64,000 nt of DNA from Candidatus Falkowbacteria bacterium RIFOXYC2_FULL_36_12 (GCA_001778235.1 MFGJ01000008.1:129148-193147), one strand, 5' to 3'; numbered from the stretch's first letter, positions 10,118-20,258 are shown. Numbers and translations are program-made. The notes: a model not told the origin generated them from the sequence alone.

Positions 10118-10157
10118 ACTTTAACATAATAACAAAAAAATGTCAATTTTGACATTT
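10118..10157 (-). promoter_or_regulatory. Promoter (minus-strand TTGACA-17-TAAAGT) overlapping the perfect palindrome AAATGTCAA-TT-TTGACATTT
   Basis: Palindrome at 10138..10157. The -35 is rc of 10141..10146, the -10 is rc of 10118..10123, about 35 nt upstream of the 10077 start. Confidence 0.4.
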
Positions 10158-10161
10158 AAGA

Positions 10162-10455
10162 TTATTTCTTTTTTATTAACCGACATTTCTTAAGCCCATA
10201 ACCACACATAACACGAGTAATTTTTATATCATATGCATTCCCAGCAATTATCCTTTTAGAATGATCACCATTTACATGCATTACCTCACCGCATTGAAAC
10301 GAAATTTCAGTAACATCACACTCATCTAGATATCTAACAAAATTCACTACATCAATAATCTGTATGGTATTATAATCATCACTACAAGAAAGAACATAAT
10401 TAAAAACCAATACATCTAACAATTCAAAGAAACTTACCACTATCCCCCTAAACAT
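10162..10455 (-). CDS. hypothetical protein (97 aa from the ATG at 10455)
   Basis: GGGAGG sits 5 nt upstream of the ATG at 10455. The longer track ORF has no SD. Confidence 0.4.
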   Translation of the reverse strand: MFRGIVVSFFELLDVLVFNYVLSCSDDYNTIQIIDVVNFVRYLDECDVTEISFQCGEVMHVNGDHSKRIIAGNAYDIKITRVMCGYGLKKCRLIKKK

Positions 10456-10529
10456 CTTTGCCTCCCTTCGCCTCCTTGACTGAATAACCTTAAATTTAAC
10501 ACTACAATCAGAACTTGTCAATACAATCC

Positions 10530-11261
10530 TTATACAATCTGTTTCCAACTATAAATCTCTTTTTCTACCAAATAATTCAGCCAATCTTTCATAAAAACAA
10601 CAATTTTGTTGAGTAAATCTTGCTTTATTACCAATTTTGGAAAAACTTTTTGATCATTAATAAAAATCAATCTCAAAAATTTAATAACATTTTCATCAAT
10701 TTTTAACTTTTCACAGTTACATTTTGAACATATCATAGAATTATCATGCCAAGAAAAATAAGCTTTTTCACCTACTTTATTATTGCACTTTACACAACTG
10801 TACAACTCTGGACTATATCCTAATAATTTCATAAGCTGGCAAGCAAAATAAATAACAATTATTTTTTTACTATTTTTATCGCTTGTTTTTTCAAGCCTTC
10901 GAATAGTATCAATTACCAATTGCCACTCCAATAAATTTTTATCCTCCAATTCTAGAGACTTTTCCAACAATTCAAATATAATATTTATATAAATAAAATC
11001 TTGCTCTAAATTTAAATCAAACTTTTCAATCAATCTTGCAGATGCCAATTTATCAAAACTATTTTTTGATCGAGCAATCATTAAATCAACCAATCCATAA
11101 CTGCTCAAATGTCCCATCAATTTACTCTTTATTTTTTTCGACCCAATTGCTACCGCCTGAATTTTACCAAAATTTTCAGTATAAAAAGAAAAAAGACTGT
11201 CATTTTCCCTCCAGTCTTTTCTATTTAAAACAAATCCAATTGTCTTATAAGTTTTATCCAT
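10530..11261 (-). CDS. recO: DNA repair protein RecO
   Basis: N-terminal OB-fold region and a C-terminal CxxC...CxxC zinc motif (CVKC...CSKC). The track start is TTG; the ATG is at 11261. Confidence 0.75.
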   Translation of the reverse strand: MDKTYKTIGFVLNRKDWRENDSLFSFYTENFGKIQAVAIGSKKIKSKLMGHLSSYGLVDLMIARSKNSFDKLASARLIEKFDLNLEQDFIYINIIFELLEKSLELEDKNLLEWQLVIDTIRRLEKTSDKNSKKIIVIYFACQLMKLLGYSPELYSCVKCNNKVGEKAYFSWHDNSMICSKCNCEKLKIDENVIKFLRLIFINDQKVFPKLVIKQDLLNKIVVFMKDWLNYLVEKEIYSWKQIV

Positions 11262-11276
11262 ATCAATAATCAAACA

Positions 11277-11669
11277 TCAAAGTCTTTCAAAATAACTTTG
11301 TAATATTGCTGCTGCCGCAATATCATCATCACCAACCTTTTTATATCCTTTAAATTCTTTCTTCATGCTTTCAGCATATTTTGTTGACATTCTTTCATCT
11401 TCCAAATGGACTAACTTTCCAAACTGTTTAATCCAATTTAAAAACTCCTCAAAATTTTTATGTAAATTTTCTTCTCCAGCCAGCGTTTTTGGTTGCCCGA
11501 TTATTAATTCGTCAATTTTTTCATCATCTATCAATTTCTGGATACTTTTAGCCAATTCACTTAAATTTTTATAAGATAAAATCAATATCGGACTGGAAAT
11601 TTTCATTTCACTTGTACCCAGAGCAAACCCAATTTTCGATTGACCCCAATCAATACCAAGATAATTCAT
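11277..11669 (-). CDS. ruvX: Holliday-junction resolvase-like nuclease RuvX/YqgF
   Basis: MNYLGIDWGQSKIGFALG N-terminus typical of YqgF. Confidence 0.85.
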   Translation of the reverse strand: MNYLGIDWGQSKIGFALGTSEMKISSPILILSYKNLSELAKSIQKLIDDEKIDELIIGQPKTLAGEENLHKNFEEFLNWIKQFGKLVHLEDERMSTKYAESMKKEFKGYKKVGDDDIAAAAILQSYFERL

Positions 11670-11670
11670 A

Positions 11671-12441
11671 TCATTTCCCTGTTAAAACTTCGCATCCAGT
11701 TTTTGTTATCGCGAAAGTATGCTCAAAATGAGCAGAATATTTTCTATCTTTTGTCGCCACAGTCCAGTGATCTTCCATAGTTTCTATTTCATAATCTCCA
11801 GAGGTAACCATTGGCTCACAAGCCAAAACCATCCCTTCTCTTAAAACAAAATCATAGGTTGGGATGACATAATTCGGCAATTGCGGTTCCTCATGTACTG
11901 CATGACCTACACCATGACCAACTAAATCTCTAACTAAACCATAACCTTGTCCTTCAACATATTTTTGCACCTTTCCAGCCACTTTTGACCATTTTTCCCC
12001 TGCTCTCAAATTATCCTTATATATATCCAAAGCCTGCCTTGTTACATCAACCAGTTTTTGCAATTCTGAACCTATCTTCCCCACTGGGACCGTTATTGCC
12101 ATGTCAGTATACAACCCATTTTCAGCCGGATAACGCATACCAACATCCAGACTTATAATATCACCTTCTTTCAAGATTCTATCCTTTCTTGGCACCCCAT
12201 GAACCACTTCAGCATTTATAGAAGTACAAACACTACCAGGATATGGTGGTTGACCATAATTTTTAAATGCCGGAATACCTCCAGCTTGCCTAATCAATTT
12301 TTCTCCCATTTGATCCAATTCAAAAGTCGATACTCCTGGTCGGACTATTTCTGCTACCTGCATCAATATTTTATTCAACATCTTTCCACCTTGTCGTATC
12401 AATGCAATTTCTTCTTTTGTCTTAATCTTTGCCATTATCAT
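11671..12441 (-). CDS. map: methionine aminopeptidase type I
   Basis: Pita-bread-fold motifs (DIISLDVG, VGHGVGHAVHE, EPM). Confidence 0.9.
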   Translation of the reverse strand: MIMAKIKTKEEIALIRQGGKMLNKILMQVAEIVRPGVSTFELDQMGEKLIRQAGGIPAFKNYGQPPYPGSVCTSINAEVVHGVPRKDRILKEGDIISLDVGMRYPAENGLYTDMAITVPVGKIGSELQKLVDVTRQALDIYKDNLRAGEKWSKVAGKVQKYVEGQGYGLVRDLVGHGVGHAVHEEPQLPNYVIPTYDFVLREGMVLACEPMVTSGDYEIETMEDHWTVATKDRKYSAHFEHTFAITKTGCEVLTGK

Positions 12442-13078
12442 TAAATATTACCAATATATCTTGATGTACTTTTTCAATTGGTTTTGCACCATTTATTTTT
12501 ACAAAATTCACTCTTTTCTTTTTCTTGAAAAATTTTATTACCGGCGCTGTTTCTTTTTTATACAATTCTATTCGTTTTTTTACAATATTTTTCTTTGAAT
12601 CAGAACGAATAAACAATTTTTTATCACATTTATCACAAACCCCCTTCTTTTTCGGCGGATTGTATTTTATATGAAATGTTTCCCCGCAACTACAACTTCG
12701 TCTACCATTAATACGCTCCATAATGAGTGAATCTTGCAAACTTATCATAACAAAATTAATTTTAACTTTCTTTTCAGTCAAAAATTCATACAACTTTTCT
12801 GCTTGGGGAATAGTTCTTGGATATCCATCAAATAAAACATCTTTTTTTACCTTTTTCAATACTTGAAAAACTTTTTTATCTACAATTTGATTTGGCACAA
12901 TTAATCCATGAGCTAAAAATTTCCTTATTAGGACTCCCACATCTGTATCCTTTTCTGCCTCTTTTCGCAAAAAAACACCTGGCTGAATCAATTTTATATC
13001 CAACTCTTCATCCAACAATTCAGCTTGAGTTCCCTTCCCCGCACCAGGAGGACCTACCAAAATATATGCATTTTTCAT
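12422..13078 (-). CDS. adk: adenylate kinase (zinc-lid type)
   Basis: GPPGAGKGTQ P-loop and a lid with CSCG...CDKCD. Confidence 0.9.
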   Translation of the reverse strand: MKNAYILVGPPGAGKGTQAELLDEELDIKLIQPGVFLRKEAEKDTDVGVLIRKFLAHGLIVPNQIVDKKVFQVLKKVKKDVLFDGYPRTIPQAEKLYEFLTEKKVKINFVMISLQDSLIMERINGRRSCSCGETFHIKYNPPKKKGVCDKCDKKLFIRSDSKKNIVKKRIELYKKETAPVIKFFKKKKRVNFVKINGAKPIEKVHQDILVIFNDNGKD

Positions 13079-13154
13079 AATTTATTTTAATCTACTAAAT
13101 TAATATATCAGAATAATATGGTTGAGTCAATCTTGCCTTATTTATTTATAAAAT

Positions 13155-13187
13155 TAAAAAATCAGGTACTACACCTGACTTTTATTT
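13155..13187 (-). terminator. Hairpin tcaggt-actac-acctga flanked by A- and T-runs (bidirectional; terminator/attenuator after secY)
   Basis: 6-bp stem at 13162..13178 with aaaaaa upstream and cttttattt downstream on the plus strand (rc: hairpin then ttttttaatttt). Confidence 0.45.
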
Positions 13188-13190
13188 ATC

Positions 13191-14462
13191 TTATAATTTA
13201 TCGTATTCTCTCATTTCCATTTGTGACTCTATCTGTTTAACTATTTCTATTACCACCGCTACTACGATTAAAATACTTGTGCCCCCGACAACCATAGAGT
13301 CCATGTTGAAAAGGTTTTGCAAAATCAAAGGTAATATTGCAATCAAAGCCAGAAACAAAGCACCTGTCAATGTGATTCTTGATATTGTATTTTGTAAATA
13401 TTCTTCAGTCTGTTTACCAGGTCGTATTCCAGGGATAAAAGCTCCGCTTTTCTGTAGATTTTCAGCAATCTGACTTGGATGAAAAATTACAGCAGTGTAA
13501 AAATATGTAAAAGCAAAAACTAGTAAGAAGTATAATACACCATAAAATAGATTATTTTGGAAAAGGTTGGTTACCCATGTACCAATCGATACAATAAATT
13601 CAGTTTTCGCCTGTACCATGAATTGTGCAATCATCGATGGAAATAAAACAACAGAAATCGCAAAAATGATTGGAATAACACCAGCTTGGTTTACTCTAAG
13701 TGGCAAATGTGTATTTGTCCCACCATACATTCTATTACCTCTGATTCTCTTGGCATAAGAAACTGGAATATTTCTTTGACCTTCAGATATGAACACCACA
13801 CCAACCACTGTAATCACTGCCACAACCGCAAATACAATAAGTGTGATTAGTTGATCCTGGCTAAAATTAATAAAAATCTGTTGCAAAGCCTTTGGTATTC
13901 CCACGATTATACCCGCAAAAATCAAAAGTGAAATCCCATTACCAATTTTTCTCTCCGTAATTAGCTCCCCGATCCACATCAGAAATACTGTACCAGCAGT
14001 TATTGTCAGTAATGTTGTGATATAAGTAAATAAATTCAAATTTTCCAAAATTGGCTTTGGAGCCCGTAAAAGTAACTGAATCATAGCGTATCCTTGTAAC
14101 GCAGCAAGTGGTACAGTCGCCCAACGAGTCCATGAACTTATCTTATGTCTACCAGCTTCATCTTTATTCATTTCTTCAAGTTTTGGAACAATCATAGCTA
14201 ACAGTTGGAAAATAATTGATGCAGTAATATAAGGCGCTACCCCCATCATCACCACAGAAAAATTCTCCATTCCACCACCTGAAAATAAATTCAATAACCC
14301 CAAAAGTTGATTTGAACTAAAAAATTCCCGCAAATTTTCTACATTAATTCCAGGAATTGGGATATGAGCTGCAAAACGAAAAACTACCAACATTGCCAAG
14401 ATATACAAAATGCTATTTCGTAATTCTTTTATCTTCCAAATTTGACTAAGTTTTTGCCACAT
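13191..14462 (-). CDS. secY: preprotein translocase SecY
   Basis: 10-TM profile, conserved SecY blocks, position after rplO. Confidence 0.9.
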   Translation of the reverse strand: MWQKLSQIWKIKELRNSILYILAMLVVFRFAAHIPIPGINVENLREFFSSNQLLGLLNLFSGGGMENFSVVMMGVAPYITASIIFQLLAMIVPKLEEMNKDEAGRHKISSWTRWATVPLAALQGYAMIQLLLRAPKPILENLNLFTYITTLLTITAGTVFLMWIGELITERKIGNGISLLIFAGIIVGIPKALQQIFINFSQDQLITLIVFAVVAVITVVGVVFISEGQRNIPVSYAKRIRGNRMYGGTNTHLPLRVNQAGVIPIIFAISVVLFPSMIAQFMVQAKTEFIVSIGTWVTNLFQNNLFYGVLYFLLVFAFTYFYTAVIFHPSQIAENLQKSGAFIPGIRPGKQTEEYLQNTISRITLTGALFLALIAILPLILQNLFNMDSMVVGGTSILIVVAVVIEIVKQIESQMEMREYDKL

Positions 14463-14505
14463 GTGTTTTTATTTTAATCAATTTACTTTTATCCTATAAT
14501 ATTTT

Positions 14506-14985
14506 TTACTTATTTTCTTCAACTTCCTTCTCAATATTTTTTTCTTTTACCACGACTTTACCACCGATTTTTTCTATTGCTTCCTGCGCTGACTTTGACA
14601 CTTTGCAGTCAACAAATGTTAATTTTACTTTCAATTCTCCATTATTTAAAATTTTTACTGGTTTTCTAACAGAATTAATAACTCCCATTGCCTCTAGAAC
14701 TACTGGAGAAATCTCCATATTATCTTTTCCAATTTTATTTAAAAGCTTAAAATCAACAATCTGATTTTTGGCTTTTGGTTTATCACCTTTAAATTTCGGA
14801 AAAGCCAAAAGAGTGGTTTTGAATCCTTTCAGTTTCAAACCTTTTTTACCACCAGAACGAGAACGCTGTCCTTTTAATCCACGGCTTGAATATGTGCCTT
14901 TACCAGAAGCATTGCCCCTACCAACTCTTTTCTTTGGTTTCATTTTCTCTTTAGGACTTTTTAGATTGTTTAATTCAATAGTCAT
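14506..14985 (-). CDS. rplO: 50S ribosomal protein L15
   Basis: GRGNASGKGTYSSRGLKGQ motif. Directly follows rpsE, so there is no L30 gene. Confidence 0.9.
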   Translation of the reverse strand: MTIELNNLKSPKEKMKPKKRVGRGNASGKGTYSSRGLKGQRSRSGGKKGLKLKGFKTTLLAFPKFKGDKPKAKNQIVDFKLLNKIGKDNMEISPVVLEAMGVINSVRKPVKILNNGELKVKLTFVDCKVSKSAQEAIEKIGGKVVVKEKNIEKEVEENK

Positions 14986-15008
14986 ATCCTATTTATTATA
15001 GCAAATAT

Positions 15009-15611
15009 TTATTTAACTTCCTTCTTTTCTTCTTTTTTTATCGTTTTTCCAGTTTGACTTTTTTCCATCTGCTTTCCATTTTGTTCAGCATTATTTTTCT
15101 TGTCTTGTTTTCTTTTTTCAACTTTTACTCTGTCATTAACAACAAAACTGTTAAGACCAGAAAGTAATGCTTTTACATTATTGACCTTGTTATTACATCC
15201 AAGAATTTTTGCTACGATATTTGGTACGCCAGCAATTTCAAGAACAGCGCGAACAGCACCACCAGCTTTAATACCAGTACCCATTGGAGCTGGCTTCAAT
15301 AAAATCTTTGCGGATTTTTCCTTTATATACATTCTATGAGGAATTGTATTTTTTATAATTGGTATAATAATCAAGTTTTTCTTTGCTTGATTAACAGCTT
15401 TATTTATAGCGATTGTGACATCTGCTCCTTTGGCCAATCCAATTCCGCACTTTCCTTTTTGATCACCAATAGCAACACAAGCCCTAAATCTCATTCTTTT
15501 ACCACCTTTCATCACACGAGTGACTCGAGCAATATCAATAACCCGCTGCTCAAATTCACGATCAGCGCCACCTTTCCTTGAACCACCGGATTTTCTTTGG
15601 TTATTTGACAT
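15009..15611 (-). CDS. rpsE: 30S ribosomal protein S5 with a Lys-rich C-terminal tail
   Basis: S5 dsRBD and C-terminal domains, plus a K/E-rich extension of about 35 aa. Confidence 0.9.
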   Translation of the reverse strand: MSNNQRKSGGSRKGGADREFEQRVIDIARVTRVMKGGKRMRFRACVAIGDQKGKCGIGLAKGADVTIAINKAVNQAKKNLIIIPIIKNTIPHRMYIKEKSAKILLKPAPMGTGIKAGGAVRAVLEIAGVPNIVAKILGCNNKVNNVKALLSGLNSFVVNDRVKVEKRKQDKKNNAEQNGKQMEKSQTGKTIKKEEKKEVK

Positions 15612-15638
15612 AATTTTTATCTATCAAAATTATTTTAA

Positions 15639-16001
15639 TTAAAATTTTAAGCCAGCTTCTCTCATCCCATCAGCTGCAGCTTTTACTCTTCCATGATATT
15701 TAAATCTATTTCTATCAAAAACAACTTCTTTAATCCCTTTTTCTAATGCTCTCTCTGCTACAAGTTTCCCAACAGCCGCTGCTTTTTCAACTGGTTTTAA
15801 TTCTCCAGCTTTTACTTTTAATTCTCCAGATTTAGCTGAAACCAAAGTTGTTCCAGTTGTATCATCTACCAACTGAATATAAAAATGCTTTGAACTACGA
15901 AAAATTGCCGCTCTTGGTTTTTGGACTGTACCATTGATTTTTGCTCGTACTCTATTTTTTCGTCGAAGCGCTGATTGTAATTTATTTTTTGTAATATTCA
16001 T
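15639..16001 (-). CDS. rplR: 50S ribosomal protein L18
   Basis: Sequence similarity and operon position. Confidence 0.9.
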   Translation of the reverse strand: MNITKNKLQSALRRKNRVRAKINGTVQKPRAAIFRSSKHFYIQLVDDTTGTTLVSAKSGELKVKAGELKPVEKAAAVGKLVAERALEKGIKEVVFDRNRFKYHGRVKAAADGMREAGLKF

Positions 16002-16007
16002 ATAAAA

Positions 16008-16553
16008 TTATTCAGTCTTGCCAGCTGTTTTTCCAACTTTTCGGACAATGACTTCATCCATATATTTAATTCCTTTACCCTTATATGGTTCAGGTTTTTT
16101 TATTTTTCTAATAATCGCAGCTGTTTCACCAACCAAATGCTTGTCAATACCACTTATGGCAATAACATTAGCTTTTACTTCAATTTTAATACCTTCTGGG
16201 ATTTCAAAATTAACTGGGTGAGAAAAACCAACATTCAATACAAGGATATTCCCTCTAACTTCAGCTTTAAAACCAATACCATTAATTTCCAATTCCTTTA
16301 TAAACCCTTCAGTCACACCCACAACTAGATTGTTAATCAAACTGCGAAACAAACCCCAAAGCGCCAACTGTTTTCCATCAGTTTCATCAGCGATTTTTAC
16401 TCTAATCTCCTTATCAACCATTTCTACAAAAACATTTTTTATTAATTTCACCATTAATTCACCCTTTGGACCTTTTACTTTTACAATTTCATTTTCAATA
16501 TTAACTTCAACTCCATCAGGTATAATAATTGGTTGTTTTCCTACTCTAGACAT
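16008..16553 (-). CDS. rplF: 50S ribosomal protein L6
   Basis: Sequence similarity and operon position. Confidence 0.9.
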   Translation of the reverse strand: MSRVGKQPIIIPDGVEVNIENEIVKVKGPKGELMVKLIKNVFVEMVDKEIRVKIADETDGKQLALWGLFRSLINNLVVGVTEGFIKELEINGIGFKAEVRGNILVLNVGFSHPVNFEIPEGIKIEVKANVIAISGIDKHLVGETAAIIRKIKKPEPYKGKGIKYMDEVIVRKVGKTAGKTE

Positions 16554-16559
16554 ATTTTT

Positions 16560-16949
16560 TTAATAAATTTCACAAATTACTTCTCCGCCAACGCCAGCTT
16601 TTCTAGCAGAATCATTAGTTAAAAGACCTTTTGAGGTTGAAAGAATTGAAATACCAAATCCATTCAAAATTTTCTTAATTTCATCTCTACCAACATAAAC
16701 CCTACAACCAACCTTGCTTACTCGTTTCAATTCCTTTATCTTCGGATCACCCTTTGCTTCGTATTTTAATGAAATCAAAATTTCGCTGAATTGATTTTCA
16801 ACTTTTTCAGCCTTTTCAATATAGCCCTCTTTCTCCAAAATCTGCGCTATCCCAAATTTTATTTTTGAATATGGAACAACTACCTCAGATTTTTTTGCCA
16901 TCTGGGCATTTCGTATTCTTGTTAGCATGTCAGCGATTGGATCTGTCAT
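16560..16949 (-). CDS. rpsH: 30S ribosomal protein S8
   Basis: MTDPIADMLTRIRNA N-terminus. Confidence 0.9.
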   Translation of the reverse strand: MTDPIADMLTRIRNAQMAKKSEVVVPYSKIKFGIAQILEKEGYIEKAEKVENQFSEILISLKYEAKGDPKIKELKRVSKVGCRVYVGRDEIKKILNGFGISILSTSKGLLTNDSARKAGVGGEVICEIY

Positions 16950-16996
16950 ATAAATTTATCTTTGGATAATATTTTATAAATATAAATTAATCAAAT

Positions 16997-17182
16997 TTAC
17001 CAACTACTTCTAGTTATTCCTGGAATCTGGCCTCTTTCAGCTAATTCACGGAAACAAATTCGGCATAAATCAAATTTTCGCATATATGATCTATTTCTAC
17101 CACACTTCCAACATCTATTCACTTTTCTTGTTGAATATTTTTGCTTTCTCTTTGATTTAGCTATTTGTGATTTAATTGCCAT
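16997..17182 (-). CDS. rpsZ: 30S ribosomal protein S14 type Z (zinc-binding)
   Basis: 61 aa with CWKCGR...CRICFRE. Confidence 0.9.
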   Translation of the reverse strand: MAIKSQIAKSKRKQKYSTRKVNRCWKCGRNRSYMRKFDLCRICFRELAERGQIPGITRSSW

Positions 17183-17209
17183 AGTATCGTCGTATTAACA
17201 TTATATTAT

Positions 17210-17752
17210 TTATTGCTTTTTAAAAGGAAATCCTAGTAAATTCAGAAATTCAAATGCTTCTTCATTATTTTTTGCCGAGGTAGTAATATTTATTTCCAAA
17301 CCATGTGTTCGATCAACTTCATCAGGTAAAATTTCAGGAAAAGCTAATTGTTCTTTAAAACCAAGTGAATAGCCACCCATTCCGTCAAAACTTTTAGGGT
17401 TAATACCTTGGAAATCTCTAACTCTTGGCAAGGTAACCTTTACAAGCTTTTCAACAAAATCCCACATTCTATCTCCGCGCAAAGTAACCTTTAATCCAAC
17501 AACCATCCCTTCACGAATTTTGAAGTTTGAAATGGATTTTTTAGCTAATGTTTTAACCGGCATTTGTCCAGTTATTCTTTGCAAATTTTTTTCAACTGCA
17601 TCAATATAATCCTTATCTTTCAATCCAGCTCCAATTCCAACATTCAGCACCACTTTTTTCATAGTTGGAACCTGCATATTATTTTTATAACCAAACTTTT
17701 CTTTCAAAGCTGGAATAATTTTTTCTTGATAATGTTTTTTGAACCCTTGCAT
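17210..17752 (-). CDS. rplE: 50S ribosomal protein L5
   Basis: Sequence similarity and operon position. Confidence 0.9.
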   Translation of the reverse strand: MQGFKKHYQEKIIPALKEKFGYKNNMQVPTMKKVVLNVGIGAGLKDKDYIDAVEKNLQRITGQMPVKTLAKKSISNFKIREGMVVGLKVTLRGDRMWDFVEKLVKVTLPRVRDFQGINPKSFDGMGGYSLGFKEQLAFPEILPDEVDRTHGLEINITTSAKNNEEAFEFLNLLGFPFKKQ

Positions 17753-17814
17753 AATATTGAATAATCTATTTGCTTAATATCTTTGAATCATTTTACATTT
17801 ATTCGCGCTATAAA

Positions 17815-18183
17815 CTATGAATCAATTGACTCATTGCATTTTTTACAAATCCTTATCTTTTTCTTACCTTTCTGATCAGTTTCCAAAACCTTGAAACCAA
17901 CACGAGTAGATTTATTACATTTAGGACAAATCAGCATAACATTTGAGATATCTAATGGTGATGGATATGTGATTTTTTGTCCAGTCTCCCCGCTTTTTCG
18001 AGGTTTCATATGCTTAATCCTTTCATTCAACCCTTCAACCACAACTTTATTTAATTCTGGTAATACCTGAATCACCTTACCTTTATTTTCTTTGGTAGTT
18101 TTTTCATTTTTTGCAGTTTTCTTGTGTCTATCTTTACCTGCAATTATCTTTACTTTATCTCCAGTTTTAATTTTTTGCTTCAT
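17815..18183 (-). CDS. rplX: 50S ribosomal protein L24 (KOW) with a Cys4 motif in the C-terminal hairpin
   Basis: KOW motif (KTGDKVKIIAGKDR). CPKC...CKKC aligns to normally Cys-free positions. Confidence 0.85.
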   Translation of the reverse strand: MKQKIKTGDKVKIIAGKDRHKKTAKNEKTTKENKGKVIQVLPELNKVVVEGLNERIKHMKPRKSGETGQKITYPSPLDISNVMLICPKCNKSTRVGFKVLETDQKGKKKIRICKKCNESIDS

Positions 18184-18210
18184 ATATCTACTTTATAAAA
18201 ACTATGTTAA

Positions 18211-18582
18211 TTACAACACTTCTGGTGCCAAAGAAATTATTTTATTAAAACCACCTCGTCTTAATTCTCTCGCAATTGGTCCGAAAACACGAGTTCCCTT
18301 AGGCTCTTTAGATTCTTTATCTACAATCACCACCGCATTTTCATCAAATCTAATATATGTACCATTCGCTCTTCGTACCTCTTTTCTGGTTCGTACAAGA
18401 ACAGCATGGACAACATCACCTTTTTTCACCATAGAATGTGGCTTTGCTTCCTTTATTGAACAAGTGACAATCTCACCAAGCCGTCCATATCGTTTTTTAT
18501 AACCTCCGAGTACTCGAATACACTGAAGCTTTTTAGCTCCAGTATTATCAGCAGATTTTAACATTGTTCGTTCTTGTATCAT
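18211..18582 (-). CDS. rplN: 50S ribosomal protein L14
   Basis: [18 protein letters not shown]-terminus. Confidence 0.9.
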   Translation of the reverse strand: MIQERTMLKSADNTGAKKLQCIRVLGGYKKRYGRLGEIVTCSIKEAKPHSMVKKGDVVHAVLVRTRKEVRRANGTYIRFDENAVVIVDKESKEPKGTRVFGPIARELRRGGFNKIISLAPEVL

Positions 18583-18605
18583 ATATTAAATCTAATTCAA
18601 ATAAC

Positions 18606-18860
18606 TTATTTTACTTTATTTACCAATCTCCATCGTTTATCCTTGCTCATCGGACGGCACTCCTCAAATACAACAACATCACCTTCTTTCAATTCATTTT
18701 TTTCATCATGAATTTTATATTTTTGATTGGATTTTATCTTTTTCCCATAGACTTTATGAGTTTTCACTGAATCAACCCGAACAACCGCTGTTTTGTCCAT
18801 CGCAACACTGACAACTTCACCTGTTAATCTACGAAAAATTTTATCTTTTATCTCATTCAT
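18606..18860 (-). CDS. rpsQ: 30S ribosomal protein S17
   Basis: Sequence similarity and operon position. Confidence 0.9.
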   Translation of the reverse strand: MNEIKDKIFRRLTGEVVSVAMDKTAVVRVDSVKTHKVYGKKIKSNQKYKIHDEKNELKEGDVVVFEECRPMSKDKRWRLVNKVK

Positions 18861-18878
18861 ATATATTTTATCAAAATA

Positions 18879-19073
18879 TTACTTATTTAATTCTTTTTGA
18901 CAAATAATAGTTTCTATCCTAGCCACCATTTTCTTCACATCTCTGATTTCTCTAATATTCTTTACCTGACTATTTGCAACCTTAAAATTCAAATCATGCA
19001 AACTCACTGCCAATTCTTGCAATCGCACTTTCAACTCTTCAATTTTCTTTTCTCGTAATTCTTGAATTTTCAT
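18879..19073 (-). CDS. rpmC: 50S ribosomal protein L29
   Basis: Short helical protein in the expected position. Confidence 0.85.
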   Translation of the reverse strand: MKIQELREKKIEELKVRLQELAVSLHDLNFKVANSQVKNIREIRDVKKMVARIETIICQKELNK

Positions 19074-19086
19074 ATTTATATCAAAA

Positions 19087-19506
19087 TTATTCTTCTTGTG
19101 AAATCATTTTTGTTTTAAGTGGCAACTTGTGTGACGCCCGTCTTAATGCTTCATTTGCCAATTCCTTTGTTACTCCACTCATTTCAAATAAAACCATACC
19201 TGGATGAACCACCGCAACATAATATTCTGGTGACCCCTTACCTGATCCCATTGTAAAGTGAGTTCCTTTTGATGTCACCGGTCTGTTTGGGAAAATTCGT
19301 ACCCAAATTTTTCCTCCACGCTTAATATATCTTACCATTGCTCTTCGAGCAGCCTCAAGCTGTCTAGAACTTACCCAACCACCTGACATCGCTTTAATAC
19401 CATAATCTCCAAAATCCAAATTAACAAGAGAAGTAGCTAAGTGTGTCTTACCACGTCCTCGCGCTTTATGACATTTTCTATGTTTTACTTTTTTTGGTAT
19501 TAACAT
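19087..19506 (-). CDS. rplP: 50S ribosomal protein L16
   Basis: MLIPKKVKHRKCHKARGRGK N-terminus. Confidence 0.9.
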   Translation of the reverse strand: MLIPKKVKHRKCHKARGRGKTHLATSLVNLDFGDYGIKAMSGGWVSSRQLEAARRAMVRYIKRGGKIWVRIFPNRPVTSKGTHFTMGSGKGSPEYYVAVVHPGMVLFEMSGVTKELANEALRRASHKLPLKTKMISQEE

Positions 19507-19521
19507 AATATTTTAATTCAT

Positions 19522-20256
19522 TTATGCCTTTTCAACGGAATTAACTTTTCCCCTTTTTTCAGATTTATTCACTTCATCTTTATTTTTCATTGTTTCTTCC
19601 ATCTCTTCTTTCGCTGTTTTTTTAAATACATCACCTTTGTAAATCCATACTTTAATACCGATAGTACCATAGGTTGTATTTGCCTTTTCTTCAGCATAAT
19701 CAATGTTTGCTCGGATTGTATGTAATGGGATTGTCCCTGATACCAACATTTCTCGTCTAGCGATTTCTGCTCCATTCAACCTGCCCGCGACAATAACCTT
19801 CACACCCTTTGCTCCAGCTCTTTCTACTCGCTGAATAACCTGCTTCATTGCTCGTCTGTATGGCATTCTCTTCTCAATATCAAATTTTAATCCTTGTGCG
19901 ATCAAAGCCGCTTCAATATTTGGTTTTCCAATTTCTTTAATATTTACTGAAACTTTCACATTCTTATCTTTTACAAATTGACGGCTTATTGTTTTTTTCA
20001 AAATTTCTACCCCAGCACCACTCTTCCCAATTACAACACCAGGACGAGCAGAATGAATAATTACATTCAATTCTTTGCTAGATCTTTCAATCTCAATTCT
20101 TGATACAAAAGCTTCAAGCAAATGTTTCTTCAAAAAAGCTCTAATTTTAACATCTTGCTGTAAAAACTTACTATAATCTTTATCCGCGAACCAAGAAGAC
20201 TCCCATTTCAAGATGCTTTTTATTCTAAATATTTTTGGATTTATTTTCTTTCCCAT
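19522..20256 (-). CDS. rpsC: 30S ribosomal protein S3
   Basis: KH domain (GKSGAGVE) plus a C-terminal tail. Confidence 0.9.
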   Translation of the reverse strand: MGKKINPKIFRIKSILKWESSWFADKDYSKFLQQDVKIRAFLKKHLLEAFVSRIEIERSSKELNVIIHSARPGVVIGKSGAGVEILKKTISRQFVKDKNVKVSVNIKEIGKPNIEAALIAQGLKFDIEKRMPYRRAMKQVIQRVERAGAKGVKVIVAGRLNGAEIARREMLVSGTIPLHTIRANIDYAEEKANTTYGTIGIKVWIYKGDVFKKTAKEEMEETMKNKDEVNKSEKRGKVNSVEKA

Positions 20257-20258
20257 AT

